DNA of 64,000 nt. Origin: Candidatus Dojkabacteria bacterium. GTDB taxonomy: Bacteria > Patescibacteriota > Dojkabacteria > B142 > OLB20. This document shows positions 49,301-56,735 of this stretch, piece after piece. The translations under genes and the position numbers were made by a program. The stretch's first letter is position 1; every line of letters starts with the position of its first letter. A model generated the notes under the pieces. That model had not been told where the DNA came from. It saw only the letters and a program-made list of their open reading frames with translations, and did not search any database. The stretch spans positions 5,045 through 69,044 of the forward strand of contig DAOMOX010000005.1 of the NCBI GenBank assembly GCA_035444565.1, read 5' to 3'.

Positions 49301-52300
49301 TGTCGATGTTGAGGGAGTAAATGTACCATTAATGATAAATGGGGTACTTGTTCCCTGGAGCAATATCAGATTCCCCCCAGCATTAAATGTTCCTGCATTA
49401 ATTGTAAAAATATCTGTGATAGTTAAATTCCCACTCGAAGTGAATGTAGTCCCTGTTTGGTTTAGGGTGAGGTTATTATATGTTTCGGCTTGGATTTCCG
49501 TAGCAGATCCCCCTGCATACTCGATAGTTGAATTTGTACCCTCATTTAAATTACCCGATATAATAAATGGTCGAGAAGAGCCTGTCCCAGAACCTGTTAT
49601 TTTTAAATTATAACCGGACGATTGAAGGTTTAACGCACCAGTTTCGCCAATATTTATCCTAGTTAGAGTTATAGAACTCCCTAGTTGAACTGTTTTATTA
49701 GCTTCCAATATTCCTAAATCCTGCTTAGTACTATTATTGTCGGTTATAACAATACTATTCGTGCCACCCAGAATTGTCTCTTGATTATTCTTTATCCAAG
49801 TAGAATTATTATTCAGGGTAATGTTCCCCCTTATTGTTGAAAATCCTCCGGAAGATATCCAATCTATACTAACAGGATTAGTTCCATCTCCGATTGATAT
49901 ATCGTTCATAATTAATTGGTTGCCAGAACTATCCATTATATATGTAGGGTTTCCTACTGCTGAAGGTTTTATCTCGAGATTATGGTATGTAAGTTCTGCA
50001 ACGGAAACATTTGAGTTAGAAGTATATTTAAAAGTCGAGGTATCCTCATTCAGCGTTCCCCCTGTTATGACAAGTGGGGAACCACCTCCTGTAAGATTAA
50101 TAGTATTACCATCCGCTATTAATATCCCTACTATCCGCAGTGCTTTAGTTGTAATATTCCCAGAGCTTGTTGAGTCCGGTCTATATGTATTTCCACTTTT
50201 TATATATATTTCAGCTGAGCTTTTGCTAGTATCATTAAGAGTCAAATCGTTTGAAGCATCAACATCGTAAAATATATCTTCGTCTGCAGAGACACTGTTA
50301 TCGTACTGACTTAGGTTAGCATTTGTTATTGTTCTATTGTCAGAATTTCCTATAGAGAGTCTTTGTTCTATCAGCTCTACTCCAGCGACATTCCCACTTC
50401 CATCATATGTGGTCACAGCAACCGCTTCGTCAGCCTCTCCAGCTCCATCAATAAATACAGTTATCACATCACCATTATTTGGGCTTGTTAATCCTGAAAT
50501 TGTCCAAGTTCCCGCAACAGTGTTTTGAACTTGTGCTTGTATAGAACCATTAATAGCTACCTTTATCGTCCCTGTATCTGTACAATTTGTTGTTTGGTCA
50601 TCTTGTTTACATGTTCCCGAAATATCTATCGCTGGGCTCGCGACATTTACCGTTGGATGTGATGAAATATTTGTCAAGGTCCCCCCAGCATCAAATCTAG
50701 TCCTTGTAGTGAATTCATCAATACCACTAGTGCTAGGCACATCTGCACCACTTGTTCCACCTCCGGCACCGTAAGTCACAGTAACCGTATCCGTTGATGC
50801 AAGATCTAAAAATCTTGCACGTATATCCACATCAGGGCCATTTGCCACAAACGTGGGACTTCCAGGTCCTACCATCACCTCATCAAGCCAAAATGTATTA
50901 CTGTCACAACCGGTAGTATCACATATCAGTCCAAAAGCCGTGATTGCAGTACGAGTACCTGTCATATCAAAAACGAAATATGTCCAAGTATTTGCAGATA
51001 CGGTACCTGTATCGAATATCGCTACTGGAGAACCAAATATTGCATTATTGTCGTAGCCGAAGTCAATTCCGGCAGCGCTAGTCAGTGCTTTAGTTGATCT
51101 CAACCAGAAAGATATCTGAGTATAGCTACTCCAATTTTGTGCGGACGCATCAAATGAGAAAGTATCCGTATCGTCAGGTAGTGCTGAGCTTGAGTTATTA
51201 CACTGTATTGCACCAGCACCTTCCTTTTTTGTAGTTGTATCCACAAAAGGACTAGCGGTTGTGTTGCACATATCAGAATCATCCTCTGTTAATGTCCAAA
51301 CACCCTGGGAAGTACTGTCTCCCGATACGAGTACATTCCCAATAGTCGTATTCCCAGATCCTGAAACAGTAGTGTATCCTGCAGTTCCTGCACTACCTTG
51401 TGGTGTCGACCAACCCCTACTTGTGGGAACTTTTATTGCCAACTCACCAGAATTAAGAACTTCTGATGGATCGTAAGTGAAAGTAAATGTCTGATCTGTT
51501 GAACCCATCAAAACACCTGTTGGAACAACCACATTTGTTCCGCTTCCGTCTGCATCACTTGCTATTTGCCACATTCTGACCTCTTGATAATCACCTATTG
51601 ACAGGGGACCTGTCAGGTAGAGAAATGGACTTATATCTGGGGCATCAAAAAAGTAAGAGTATGTAGTGTTTTCTCCTTTTTTGAGATCCACATCCCAAGT
51701 TATTGTTTGCCATGTTTCTTCGCTTGTTGTTTCAAATCCTTTTATTAAAAACCCTTTTGGCACTCTTTCAGTGATTTTACCAATGAAATCCTGATTCGCA
51801 ATCACTGTGATTTCCATAGGATACGCTACAAAAGGATATATTCTACTTGGCCCTTTCCTCTCGATTGAGTATGGGACTTCTGCCCGAACTTCATAAAAAT
51901 CTTCAATCTGATAACCATTATCTTTGTTTACCAGTGTCATTTTGTGTTTTCCAACTCCCTCAGCTTTGTGTGATGCTAGATAATCTGGGACATTAGTTAC
52001 ATTGTCTCTTTCACAAAAACCACTTTGTTTCACTTCGGGATTTGATTCTTTTCCTGACGGACTAGTAATTTTCAATTCTAAATCTGCGTCACAAATTGTG
52101 TGTCCATCGTGCTTCAGAGCTCCCATATTTAATGTGATTTCTTCACCAGGAATAAATGTCGCTTTATTCGTGTTTACGGAAAGAACTCCATAGGTAAAAT
52201 CTTTCTCCTGCTGGTAATACACTCCATCTTTGTATACTTCAAGTAGTGCCTCGTAAGCTCCGGGAGGGATTTTGTTTCGCGCAATCCTGACCGAGAAGGA

Positions 52301-53149
52301 TTTTTCACCTTCTCGGTCTACAACGAACTGTGGATTGAGCTTTTTGCCATCGTAATCCGTGAGTACCAATTGAGGTTGATTCTCATCCGAAGCGAAGGCT
52401 GGATGGATAATGTATTTCAAAATTTTTGTTTTTGTAGATAACTCGTAATCGTATTCAAAAACCAAGTCTGTATCAGCAGTAGCATTGATATTTACGGCTT
52501 TTTCATCTCCTGGAACTTTTTGGGTGATTTTGATTCTGTCCAGTTGGTCTTCGACAATAAACGCTCCAAATAAGAAAAATACAAGGATTAGTAACTTGTT
52601 GAAATTTGGAGAATGTATTGTTTTATCAATTAATTGATAACCTGTTTTTACGAATTCCGATAACAAAGAGTAAACCTTTTTGATACTTAGGTTTATTTTG
52701 TTTAACTTCGGAAGGATAGTATTTAGTGATTTTAAACTATTAAGACTTAATCCAAGATTTAGTCTTTCCTTGATTAAATTCAAGTTATTAAGACCGGATT
52801 TAAACTTTATACTTCTTTTAAATAGAAATTCCATAACTTCTAAATCTCTCAATTTCTTAATTTTTACATTTTCCTTAGACCTGGCTTTAAATTGAATTTT
52901 AAATTTCCTGAATCTGCGCTTTATATTGATAATTTCACCAATATGGTCTTCCTCGAACTTTACTCGGAAAGTCTTGTAGCGACCAACCAAGTTTTTACTG
53001 AATAGATTCGTAGTTTTGAAAAGAAACGTTGTATAAATTGGGAGGTTTTTTGTGAGGAATTTCTTGCCAACAAGAAAAAAGGTTTGGGCCATTGAAAGCA
53101 ACCTACGACAGTATATACGAATGTTTCGCCTAATTAAACGAATGTGCAA
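43349..53149 (-). CDS. Giant (about 3266 aa) membrane-anchored surface protein with LamG-like, BNR/sialidase-like and beta-helix-like repeat regions. The true start is probably downstream of 53149, for example Met-106 at 52834
   Basis: TM 'LLILVFFLFGAFIV' near residue 186. LamG-like 'GLVGYWKMNEVSWNGTSGEVVDQTLNNYDGT...DFTLSAWV'. BNR-like 'YSSDEGSTWTNP', 'WKSTDGIVW' and 'WKSIDGTNWTL'. Long NxT/G-rich stretches. The C-terminal roughly 270 aa are shared with the two downstream paralogs. The first roughly 100 codons are K-rich and look like translated AT-rich leader. Confidence 0.8.
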   Translation of the reverse strand: MHIRLIRRNIRIYCRRLLSMAQTFFLVGKKFLTKNLPIYTTFLFKTTNLFSKNLVGRYKTFRVKFEEDHIGEIINIKRRFRKFKIQFKARSKENVKIKKLRDLEVMEFLFKRSIKFKSGLNNLNLIKERLNLGLSLNSLKSLNTILPKLNKINLSIKKVYSLLSEFVKTGYQLIDKTIHSPNFNKLLILVFFLFGAFIVEDQLDRIKITQKVPGDEKAVNINATADTDLVFEYDYELSTKTKILKYIIHPAFASDENQPQLVLTDYDGKKLNPQFVVDREGEKSFSVRIARNKIPPGAYEALLEVYKDGVYYQQEKDFTYGVLSVNTNKATFIPGEEITLNMGALKHDGHTICDADLELKITSPSGKESNPEVKQSGFCERDNVTNVPDYLASHKAEGVGKHKMTLVNKDNGYQIEDFYEVRAEVPYSIERKGPSRIYPFVAYPMEITVIANQDFIGKITERVPKGFLIKGFETTSEETWQTITWDVDLKKGENTTYSYFFDAPDISPFLYLTGPLSIGDYQEVRMWQIASDADGSGTNVVVPTGVLMGSTDQTFTFTYDPSEVLNSGELAIKVPTSRGWSTPQGSAGTAGYTTVSGSGNTTIGNVLVSGDSTSQGVWTLTEDDSDMCNTTASPFVDTTTKKEGAGAIQCNNSSSALPDDTDTFSFDASAQNWSSYTQISFWLRSTKALTSAAGIDFGYDNNAIFGSPVAIFDTGTVSANTWTYFVFDMTGTRTAITAFGLICDTTGCDSNTFWLDEVMVGPGSPTFVANGPDVDIRARFLDLASTDTVTVTYGAGGGTSGADVPSTSGIDEFTTRTRFDAGGTLTNISSHPTVNVASPAIDISGTCKQDDQTTNCTDTGTIKVAINGSIQAQVQNTVAGTWTISGLTSPNNGDVITVFIDGAGEADEAVAVTTYDGSGNVAGVELIEQRLSIGNSDNRTITNANLSQYDNSVSADEDIFYDVDASNDLTLNDTSKSSAEIYIKSGNTYRPDSTSSGNITTKALRIVGILIADGNTINLTGGGSPLVITGGTLNEDTSTFKYTSNSNVSVAELTYHNLEIKPSAVGNPTYIMDSSGNQLIMNDISIGDGTNPVSIDWISSGGFSTIRGNITLNNNSTWIKNNQETILGGTNSIVITDNNSTKQDLGILEANKTVQLGSSITLTRINIGETGALNLQSSGYNLKITGSGTGSSRPFIISGNLNEGTNSTIEYAGGSATEIQAETYNNLTLNQTGTTFTSSGNLTITDIFTINAGTFNAGGNLILLQGTSTPFIINGTFTPSTSTVKYNVYDDISIPALNYYNLEVGTSLGLTNVTYTLNSGTLNVSNNLTIGSTAPSTLVFDINTNDAEVTVEGDILVNTYGTYSASSNQAAPLSVAGDFTNNGTFTHNDGKVILDSAVDTSQSLNGAVSFHTLEIATGDREVKLGTAGTKSIVANGSLTLTGTDCSNMMRFRTSANGVQATLAVDVSASASVSHVDLQDINLTTKSVTAGNSVNSGNNSANWTISPNGCIGTSTNQDTTGSSFQRKVIYDDQNSRYWSFNHDGDEIEVKYSSDEGSTWTNPATTASGRLPYDTNDFSVWWRSISTVEYIVVAVADGGSIKLRQGTLSGTDVTWDTDVSIAMDETGTYSRPYISFDSANHIWVGATYNDGSDYVYKTVVSAEAASTDPSTWTWTTTPYQLSNAQTSLNVYGTLTALSSEDMYATFVVDTGLLGCRWDDSDTMWEDGTGASCLPTIGGGGESEYFDSLEEGLVGYWKMNEVSWNGTSGEVVDQTLNNYDGTRIGDATTISSGFGKSGTFDGTGDYVSMGNVLNFGDSTDFTLSAWVNRTTFTGDDQIIAKRNSESTAEVGYLLWVDGNDGSGDLDDVRFMVSDGSDEFLIETTTTMTTSGWNLVTVVFDDDSATNSTIYINGVDSKSSTTGTIADVNSLINSVNFTIGAESDAGEPWNGYIDEVRVYDRAITGEEVAKLYQLQPDSVNIDDASDFGALRNTGRQLVRTKSGVLYSFVNDSGRCEMWKSTDGIVWVGWDSETCKQDRPVSIAIDSNDTIHATYIVDDSFSDQLWYVTYLTGVDLFNTPEQVGSSDTLLNISYLDITIDSSNKPHIAFLVEFLSSEVYYNNRVSTAWLTNSVMIETISGAGHSSSITINDEDIPEISFINGLDNDLTIALGSDNNPDSAGQWTLQDVDTDVNDTMNQRGTSSLVNTITGDTWTAYVDINNYIALAKHADADSWSTWTTITSNTNAGYEPSLVIAGNGDVYVFYENDQDDIAYDVYDGTDWAGETVLHEGTFQNVKVKSAFEWNNYGPNTIDYIYSDGTDVYYDSLYLRRSPTNVDDVSDFGTMPGAGRQIIRSSSGVLYNFLNDGGNCEMWKSIDGTNWTLTDNEQCDSGGPIAAAIDSDDNIQVIYPDNAVQNLIESTTYSIDTDTFGTTIQLSGNNNLLLQELALTIDQNGEVHIAWVEQGTFSGAYSVKYKNKTNNIWQTSVQIASGTPQPTGDVDITINDSNIPEIVFLRANGTLNAVVGNQTNATSFTNYQVDSSVNITDGQRIPSIAVSPETGDTWIAYVESSTNYVTLAKHEGATWTSNWSNITSKTDVGYEPSIAIYGSDIYVIYKDDQDDVVYDIYNGTSWNGETVLESHGVLQDVKTKWSYVNNYDSTGVAPVQTNTYYIDNSDNCTAGSSCQDPDSVWTDDANAFDGDNSTYAYATALGSSTTNYLRADGTNAPSTTSTIVSVKARAYGYSVSPSDTYIRVNTSSGYNDLYLSVNSPSWTSYTTLTTPSGGWTWNEVQSISTRIWNEANVENHYIGKIEILVESTNPDAQNEIDYLYSDGTDVFYNRLLLGAASVPGVQDSIVTGLPTGLHKNISTVGQTISTIDYVHLAYVNSSGNIYYDRYDGDWDFTNASLDANTDNTYLGLSKDTATNDVYLGYIGSTSDDIFTKKSTYSAGPSWSWGTSTTLVTDATEIFTNYNANNTGNGKVGAIYSIGDLSPYNIGWETVLSGTTNNAPTISNVVVNGASNISLTAGSTHNVSWTATITDLDGNAEIAGVTGKLYRSGVAGAEACTPDNNNCYADAVCDLTGCSGNTCTATCTAAMYFHADATDANSTMPSEYWRGWMEATDSHSDTGSEFSATNAPDVESLSALDIVTSIDYGLMLAGDSSSEKTTLVTNEGNIILDLELLGDSMCTDYPTCAGDSIAVGQQEYSMSTFTYGSGTDLTSSAFRIQFNLAKPTASPSTQTKNLYWRLGLDLGQNLGEYDGVNTVLAKNDNIP

Positions 53150-53216
53150 TTTTATAAAATGAAAATCAACCTCAATATCAGTCTAGAGAAAATTGAGGGA
53201 TATGTCTACCTCCTTT

Positions 53217-53510
53217 GTCACTCCGCGGCTTGACCGCGGAGTCCCGTTTTTCCCATAAGTGCGCCACAGGGAGGGACCACGGGATTCCGTTTTTCCCATA
53301 AGTGCGATATACCGGGCATACGAGATTCCGTGCTTAAAGCACGGAATGACCTCAGGGGTTTCGTTGCCCCGCTGTCACTCCGCGGCTTGCCTGCCACGAG
53401 GAATATCCCACCCGGAAGTCATCCCGTGGCTTGACCACGGGATCCCGTTTTTCCAATTAATCGTTTGAGCAGATAGTTCAGGACTCCGTGGTCAAGCCAC
53501 GGAGTGACGA
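53217..53510. repeat. Cluster of GC-rich palindromic repeats upstream of the GIY-YIG gene. It contains 'gtcactccgcggcttgaccgcggagtc', the hairpin 'gattccgtgcttaaagcacggaatgacct' and the 'ccgtggcttgaccacgg' variants
   Basis: Several inverted-repeat units with 8-10 bp stems, read directly. The same units recur at 53857..54028 and partly at 31826..31876. Confidence 0.7.
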
Positions 53511-53553
53511 CGAAAATTCACAATTATTCCAGAACATTCAATTACAATTCACT

Positions 53554-53844
53554 ATGAAAACCTACTTCGTTTACATAACCACTAACAGAAAACGTGGCGT
53601 TCTCTACATTGGTGTAACTAACGACTTAGTTCGTAGAATCTATGAACACAAACACAAGATAAAATGTAAGTTTTCCGCTAGATATAATGTTAACAAGTTA
53701 GTCTATTACGAGATTCACTTCAGAGCGATGAGCGCTATACATAGAGAGAAAAGATTAAAAGAATGGAAGCGAGACTGGAAAATCGAACTTATTGAGAGGT
53801 CGAATCCATTGTGGGAGGACTTGTATGAGTCTATTTCGTGCTGA
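53554..53844 (+). CDS. GIY-YIG nuclease family protein (small YhbQ-like)
   Basis: 'MKTYFVYITTNRKRGVLYIGVTNDLVRRIYEHK' is a canonical GIY-(10-11)-YIG N-terminus. The upstream in-frame extension to 53488 is encoded by the repeat and is probably not translated. Confidence 0.7.
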   Translation: MKTYFVYITTNRKRGVLYIGVTNDLVRRIYEHKHKIKCKFSARYNVNKLVYYEIHFRAMSAIHREKRLKEWKRDWKIELIERSNPLWEDLYESISC

Positions 53845-53856
53845 ATGTATATACGG

Positions 53857-54028
53857 GATTCCGTGCTTAAAGCACGGAATGACCTCGAGGGATTCGTCAC
53901 TCCGCAGGTTGACCTGAGGAATTCCCCACACCTCTGTCACTCCGCGGTTTAACCGCGGAGTCCCGTTTTATCTATAAGTGCGATATATCGGACATACGAG
54001 ATTCCGTGCTTAAAGCACGGAATGACCT
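53857..54028. repeat. Second copy of the composite GC-rich palindromic repeat (two copies of the hairpin 'gattccgtgcttaaagcacggaatgacct' plus 'gtcactccgcggtttaaccgcggagtcccgtttt...ataagtgcgatata')
   Basis: It is a direct repeat of the 53217..53352 unit, with about 85-90 percent identity by eye, on the other side of the GIY-YIG gene. Confidence 0.7.
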
Positions 54029-54040
54029 ATGGGAGCGATT

Positions 54041-54706
54041 TCAATTCCGAATCTCCACCCCACCAAACATTGCAGTACCAGTTATAACGAGTTTACCCAC
54101 AGGGGTTCCAGTAGTTTCTGTTTTATCCTCGACTCCACCTAAAATAGCAGTGATATTACTAATTACCTCAATATTTTCGGGAACTCGAAGTTCAACCCCT
54201 CCGAAAATCACACTAATATTCATCTCAGCACCATTTTTATCGATTTTTACTTTGCTTAAATCGTATTCAACTCCTCCGAATAAACAGTTGATATTTCCAC
54301 CTTCAAAATTTTCGCTTGAGATTTTCTTTTCGCTCCCCCAGAAAACTGCGCTTGCGTCCACGTTTCTTCCGGATTCTTTAACCTTATTTCCGTTGAAAAG
54401 ATTTCCCCTAAACAAAACTAACAAGCCTGCTCCGATGATAAATAATGGCCAAATCATTGCCCACACATTCCAACTTAATAGAGTAGAAAGTAAGAAAATT
54501 GCACCTAGAACAGTAAAAATCATCCCACCAGTTCGATTTCCTTGTGTGTAGAAAGAAACTCCTAATACGATTAGGAACAATGGCCACAAATTACTAAAAA
54601 ACCAGCCAACATTTAAATATCCACCAAGTCCAGTTTGGTCGAAGAGCAATCCCACTCCCAGCAATACAATGAACGTACCAATTATTAGTCTTGTTTGATC
54701 TTTCAT
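54041..54706 (-). CDS. LiaF-like / DUF2154 'toast-rack' membrane protein
   Basis: Four N-terminal TMs, then 'GGNINCLFGGVEYDLSKVKI', 'ISVIFGGVELRVPENIEV' and 'ILGGVEDK...GTAMFGGVEIRN' repeat strands. Confidence 0.5.
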   Translation of the reverse strand: MKDQTRLIIGTFIVLLGVGLLFDQTGLGGYLNVGWFFSNLWPLFLIVLGVSFYTQGNRTGGMIFTVLGAIFLLSTLLSWNVWAMIWPLFIIGAGLLVLFRGNLFNGNKVKESGRNVDASAVFWGSEKKISSENFEGGNINCLFGGVEYDLSKVKIDKNGAEMNISVIFGGVELRVPENIEVISNITAILGGVEDKTETTGTPVGKLVITGTAMFGGVEIRN

Positions 54707-54730
54707 TTGAGTAATTTAAAAATAAAATAA

Positions 54731-55774
54731 TTAATAATATTTAATCTCGAATTTACCAACACCGACATTTACATCGAGTTCGAGTCGCACTTCTGTATCC
54801 TCATAATCATCAGAAACAACTTCACCCTCTTTTCCCAAACCAGAAAATTCCTCTCCAAAAATTCTTGCCTCACCTACCCCGACATCATACTTAACTTTGT
54901 ATTCGGTACCTCTTGGAACATAAATTGTTAAATCTCCTGTTCCTACTTCAACTTTTACAGGATTTTTTGGTATGGAATCCTCGCCAAGTTCTACTTCTAG
55001 TTTACCCGCACCAACTTCTAGGTTTAATTCTTCAAGTATTAATTTTGTAAAACTTACTTCTCCCTCACCTGCACCCAAATTCAAATCCAGCTTCCTAACC
55101 GGTTTTACATCGGGTAATTGTAATGTGTACTCTGGTCCTCTACTTTTGAAACCCCAAATTTCGAAATTATCCTTTTGTGAGAAATCTAACTCCAAAGTAC
55201 GATCATCAATTTCCGAAGAGTAGTCAGGTTCACCCATATTTTCAAAATATTTTGAGTTGAAAACAACTTCAGATGAGTCAGAATTATCACTTAAGGAAAA
55301 TTTTCCTAAACCTACATTCAAATCCAAGTCGATCTCGTCAACTTCTTCCTCTACTAACTCAAAAGAATCTTCTGATGATTTCAAGTCTCCTGGATCTTTT
55401 AACAATACATTGTTCACCCTTTCTCTCCATGCAGGTCTGATAACATTATTCCCTCTTATGGTTAATCCAGTGGAAATAATTGCAAATATTGCTATGACTG
55501 TATAAATAACTAAAGCGATTACTCCAATAGAAATTGCACCAAATCTCGTTTTCCCTAAGATTATCTGAATCCCTGCAATAATTATGAAAACAGGCCAAAA
55601 CCTAAGTAACAATAACCAGACAGACCACGAAAGTGCTCCTGTAGTATTTAATAAGAAAATTGTTCCAATGATGATTAAGAAAACTGCACCAGAGTATTTA
55701 TCTGCATCGCCTTTGAACTTAACCTCTTTTTCTTTGTGGGATTTCACTTTGACTTCGTTCACTTCGGTTGTCAT
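54731..55774 (-). CDS. Membrane protein with a C-terminal DUF4097-like (toast-rack) beta-repeat domain
   Basis: N-terminal TMs. C-terminal 'LEVGAGKLEVELGE', 'VKVEVGTGDLTIYVP' and 'DVNVGVGKFEIKYY' repeated G-x-G beta-strand motifs. Confidence 0.45.
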   Translation of the reverse strand: MTTEVNEVKVKSHKEKEVKFKGDADKYSGAVFLIIIGTIFLLNTTGALSWSVWLLLLRFWPVFIIIAGIQIILGKTRFGAISIGVIALVIYTVIAIFAIISTGLTIRGNNVIRPAWRERVNNVLLKDPGDLKSSEDSFELVEEEVDEIDLDLNVGLGKFSLSDNSDSSEVVFNSKYFENMGEPDYSSEIDDRTLELDFSQKDNFEIWGFKSRGPEYTLQLPDVKPVRKLDLNLGAGEGEVSFTKLILEELNLEVGAGKLEVELGEDSIPKNPVKVEVGTGDLTIYVPRGTEYKVKYDVGVGEARIFGEEFSGLGKEGEVVSDDYEDTEVRLELDVNVGVGKFEIKYY

Positions 55775-55950
55775 TATTTAAAAATAATAAATAATATACG
55801 TCGATTTAACCTCTATCATAGGAATATGGGGTTATTTGGATATTAACACCTTGAGATTTTTGCGTCAATATTTCGTGATAGCTGGAAATATACTTATAGA
55901 GTATCGTTCGAATCTGGGCTAATATTATAAAGCATAATTTGAATCCAAAT

Positions 55951-56619
55951 TTAATTTTCTTTTTTCCTTTTGTTTTTCATATCAAGTTCCCATAATAATT
56001 TATGAGAGTCAAAGATATATGCAAAAATTCCGACAGCACATGTAGCCACCGCAATCATAAGTAAAAATTGTGCGAAATACATACCTGTAGTAAAAAATAC
56101 AATATTAATTATCACTAAAAGTAATCTAATCTCTGTAGCAGGGATGCCTTGGGTACTTATATTAAATTGCTTCATTGTGATAGCCCTCATCATTACTGCT
56201 TGAAACATGAAAGATATCAGAATGACAATCACAGCGACATATAAATCAAGCGACTTGGGGAAGATAATAAAATAGCCGATTCCTAAAGAATGTAAGAATA
56301 CATAGTCAAGAAAATGATCCATGAAGAAACCCCAAAGTACTAATCCAGTATTTCTCGCTCTACCCACAGCTCCATCCAGAAGATCTGTAAGATATTGAAG
56401 GATGACTAAGATAGCAATGAGCAAGTACACAAACCTAGAATCGCCAAAGACGTAGGATACTATTATTACCAAAAAACTCCAAATAATTGTTAATAGAGTC
56501 AAATGATAAGTTTGTAGGAATCCTGGGACAGTAGGTTGTAATTTATCTACTAATACTTTATCTAATGGGTATAACAAATGATTAGTTTTCGACTTCTTTA
56601 AGTACTCTGTACTGCTCAT
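55951..56619 (-). CDS. CDP-alcohol phosphatidyltransferase family protein
   Basis: 'DLLDGAVGRARNTGLVLWGFFMDHFLDY' matches D-G-x2-A-R-x8-G-x3-D-x3-D. It has multiple TMs. Confidence 0.7.
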   Translation of the reverse strand: MSSTEYLKKSKTNHLLYPLDKVLVDKLQPTVPGFLQTYHLTLLTIIWSFLVIIVSYVFGDSRFVYLLIAILVILQYLTDLLDGAVGRARNTGLVLWGFFMDHFLDYVFLHSLGIGYFIIFPKSLDLYVAVIVILISFMFQAVMMRAITMKQFNISTQGIPATEIRLLLVIINIVFFTTGMYFAQFLLMIAVATCAVGIFAYIFDSHKLLWELDMKNKRKKEN

Positions 56620-56735
56620 CAGTAAATTTACAAAATTAAGAGTAGATAGATCATATTAACAAATCAATAAAGTTGTTATGTTTATCTCAAAAAGTGTTGT
56701 CATTCCTTAGCATGATTATCTATATCATGTTTGTC

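Noticed and set aside
43882-52895. Many 60-150-aa plus-strand ORFs in the track lying inside the 43349..53149 giant gene (for example 45055..45393, 49290..49613 and 49821..50270)
   Set aside because: They are antisense to a continuous 9.8-kb coding frame with consistent coding-like composition, and they have no motifs. I regard them as spurious shadow ORFs.
53217-54040. Possibility that the clustered repeats are a CRISPR array
   Set aside because: The repeat units are heterogeneous and individually palindromic, with irregular spacing. They have no uniform repeat-spacer periodicity and no cas genes. They are better described as REP/MITE-like palindromes.
54006-54551. 181-aa plus-strand ORF overlapping the LiaF-like gene and starting inside the palindromic repeat
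   Set aside because: The minus-strand reading frame carries the recognisable TM + GGVE-repeat architecture. The plus ORF begins in repeat sequence and is Pro/Ser-rich low complexity.
55880-55905. tRNA-like 'cgttcgaatctgggc' string in the 55775..55950 intergenic region
   Set aside because: The flanking bases do not form a T-stem (gtatc versus tgggc are not complementary), and no cloverleaf can be drawn by eye. It is probably a chance match.
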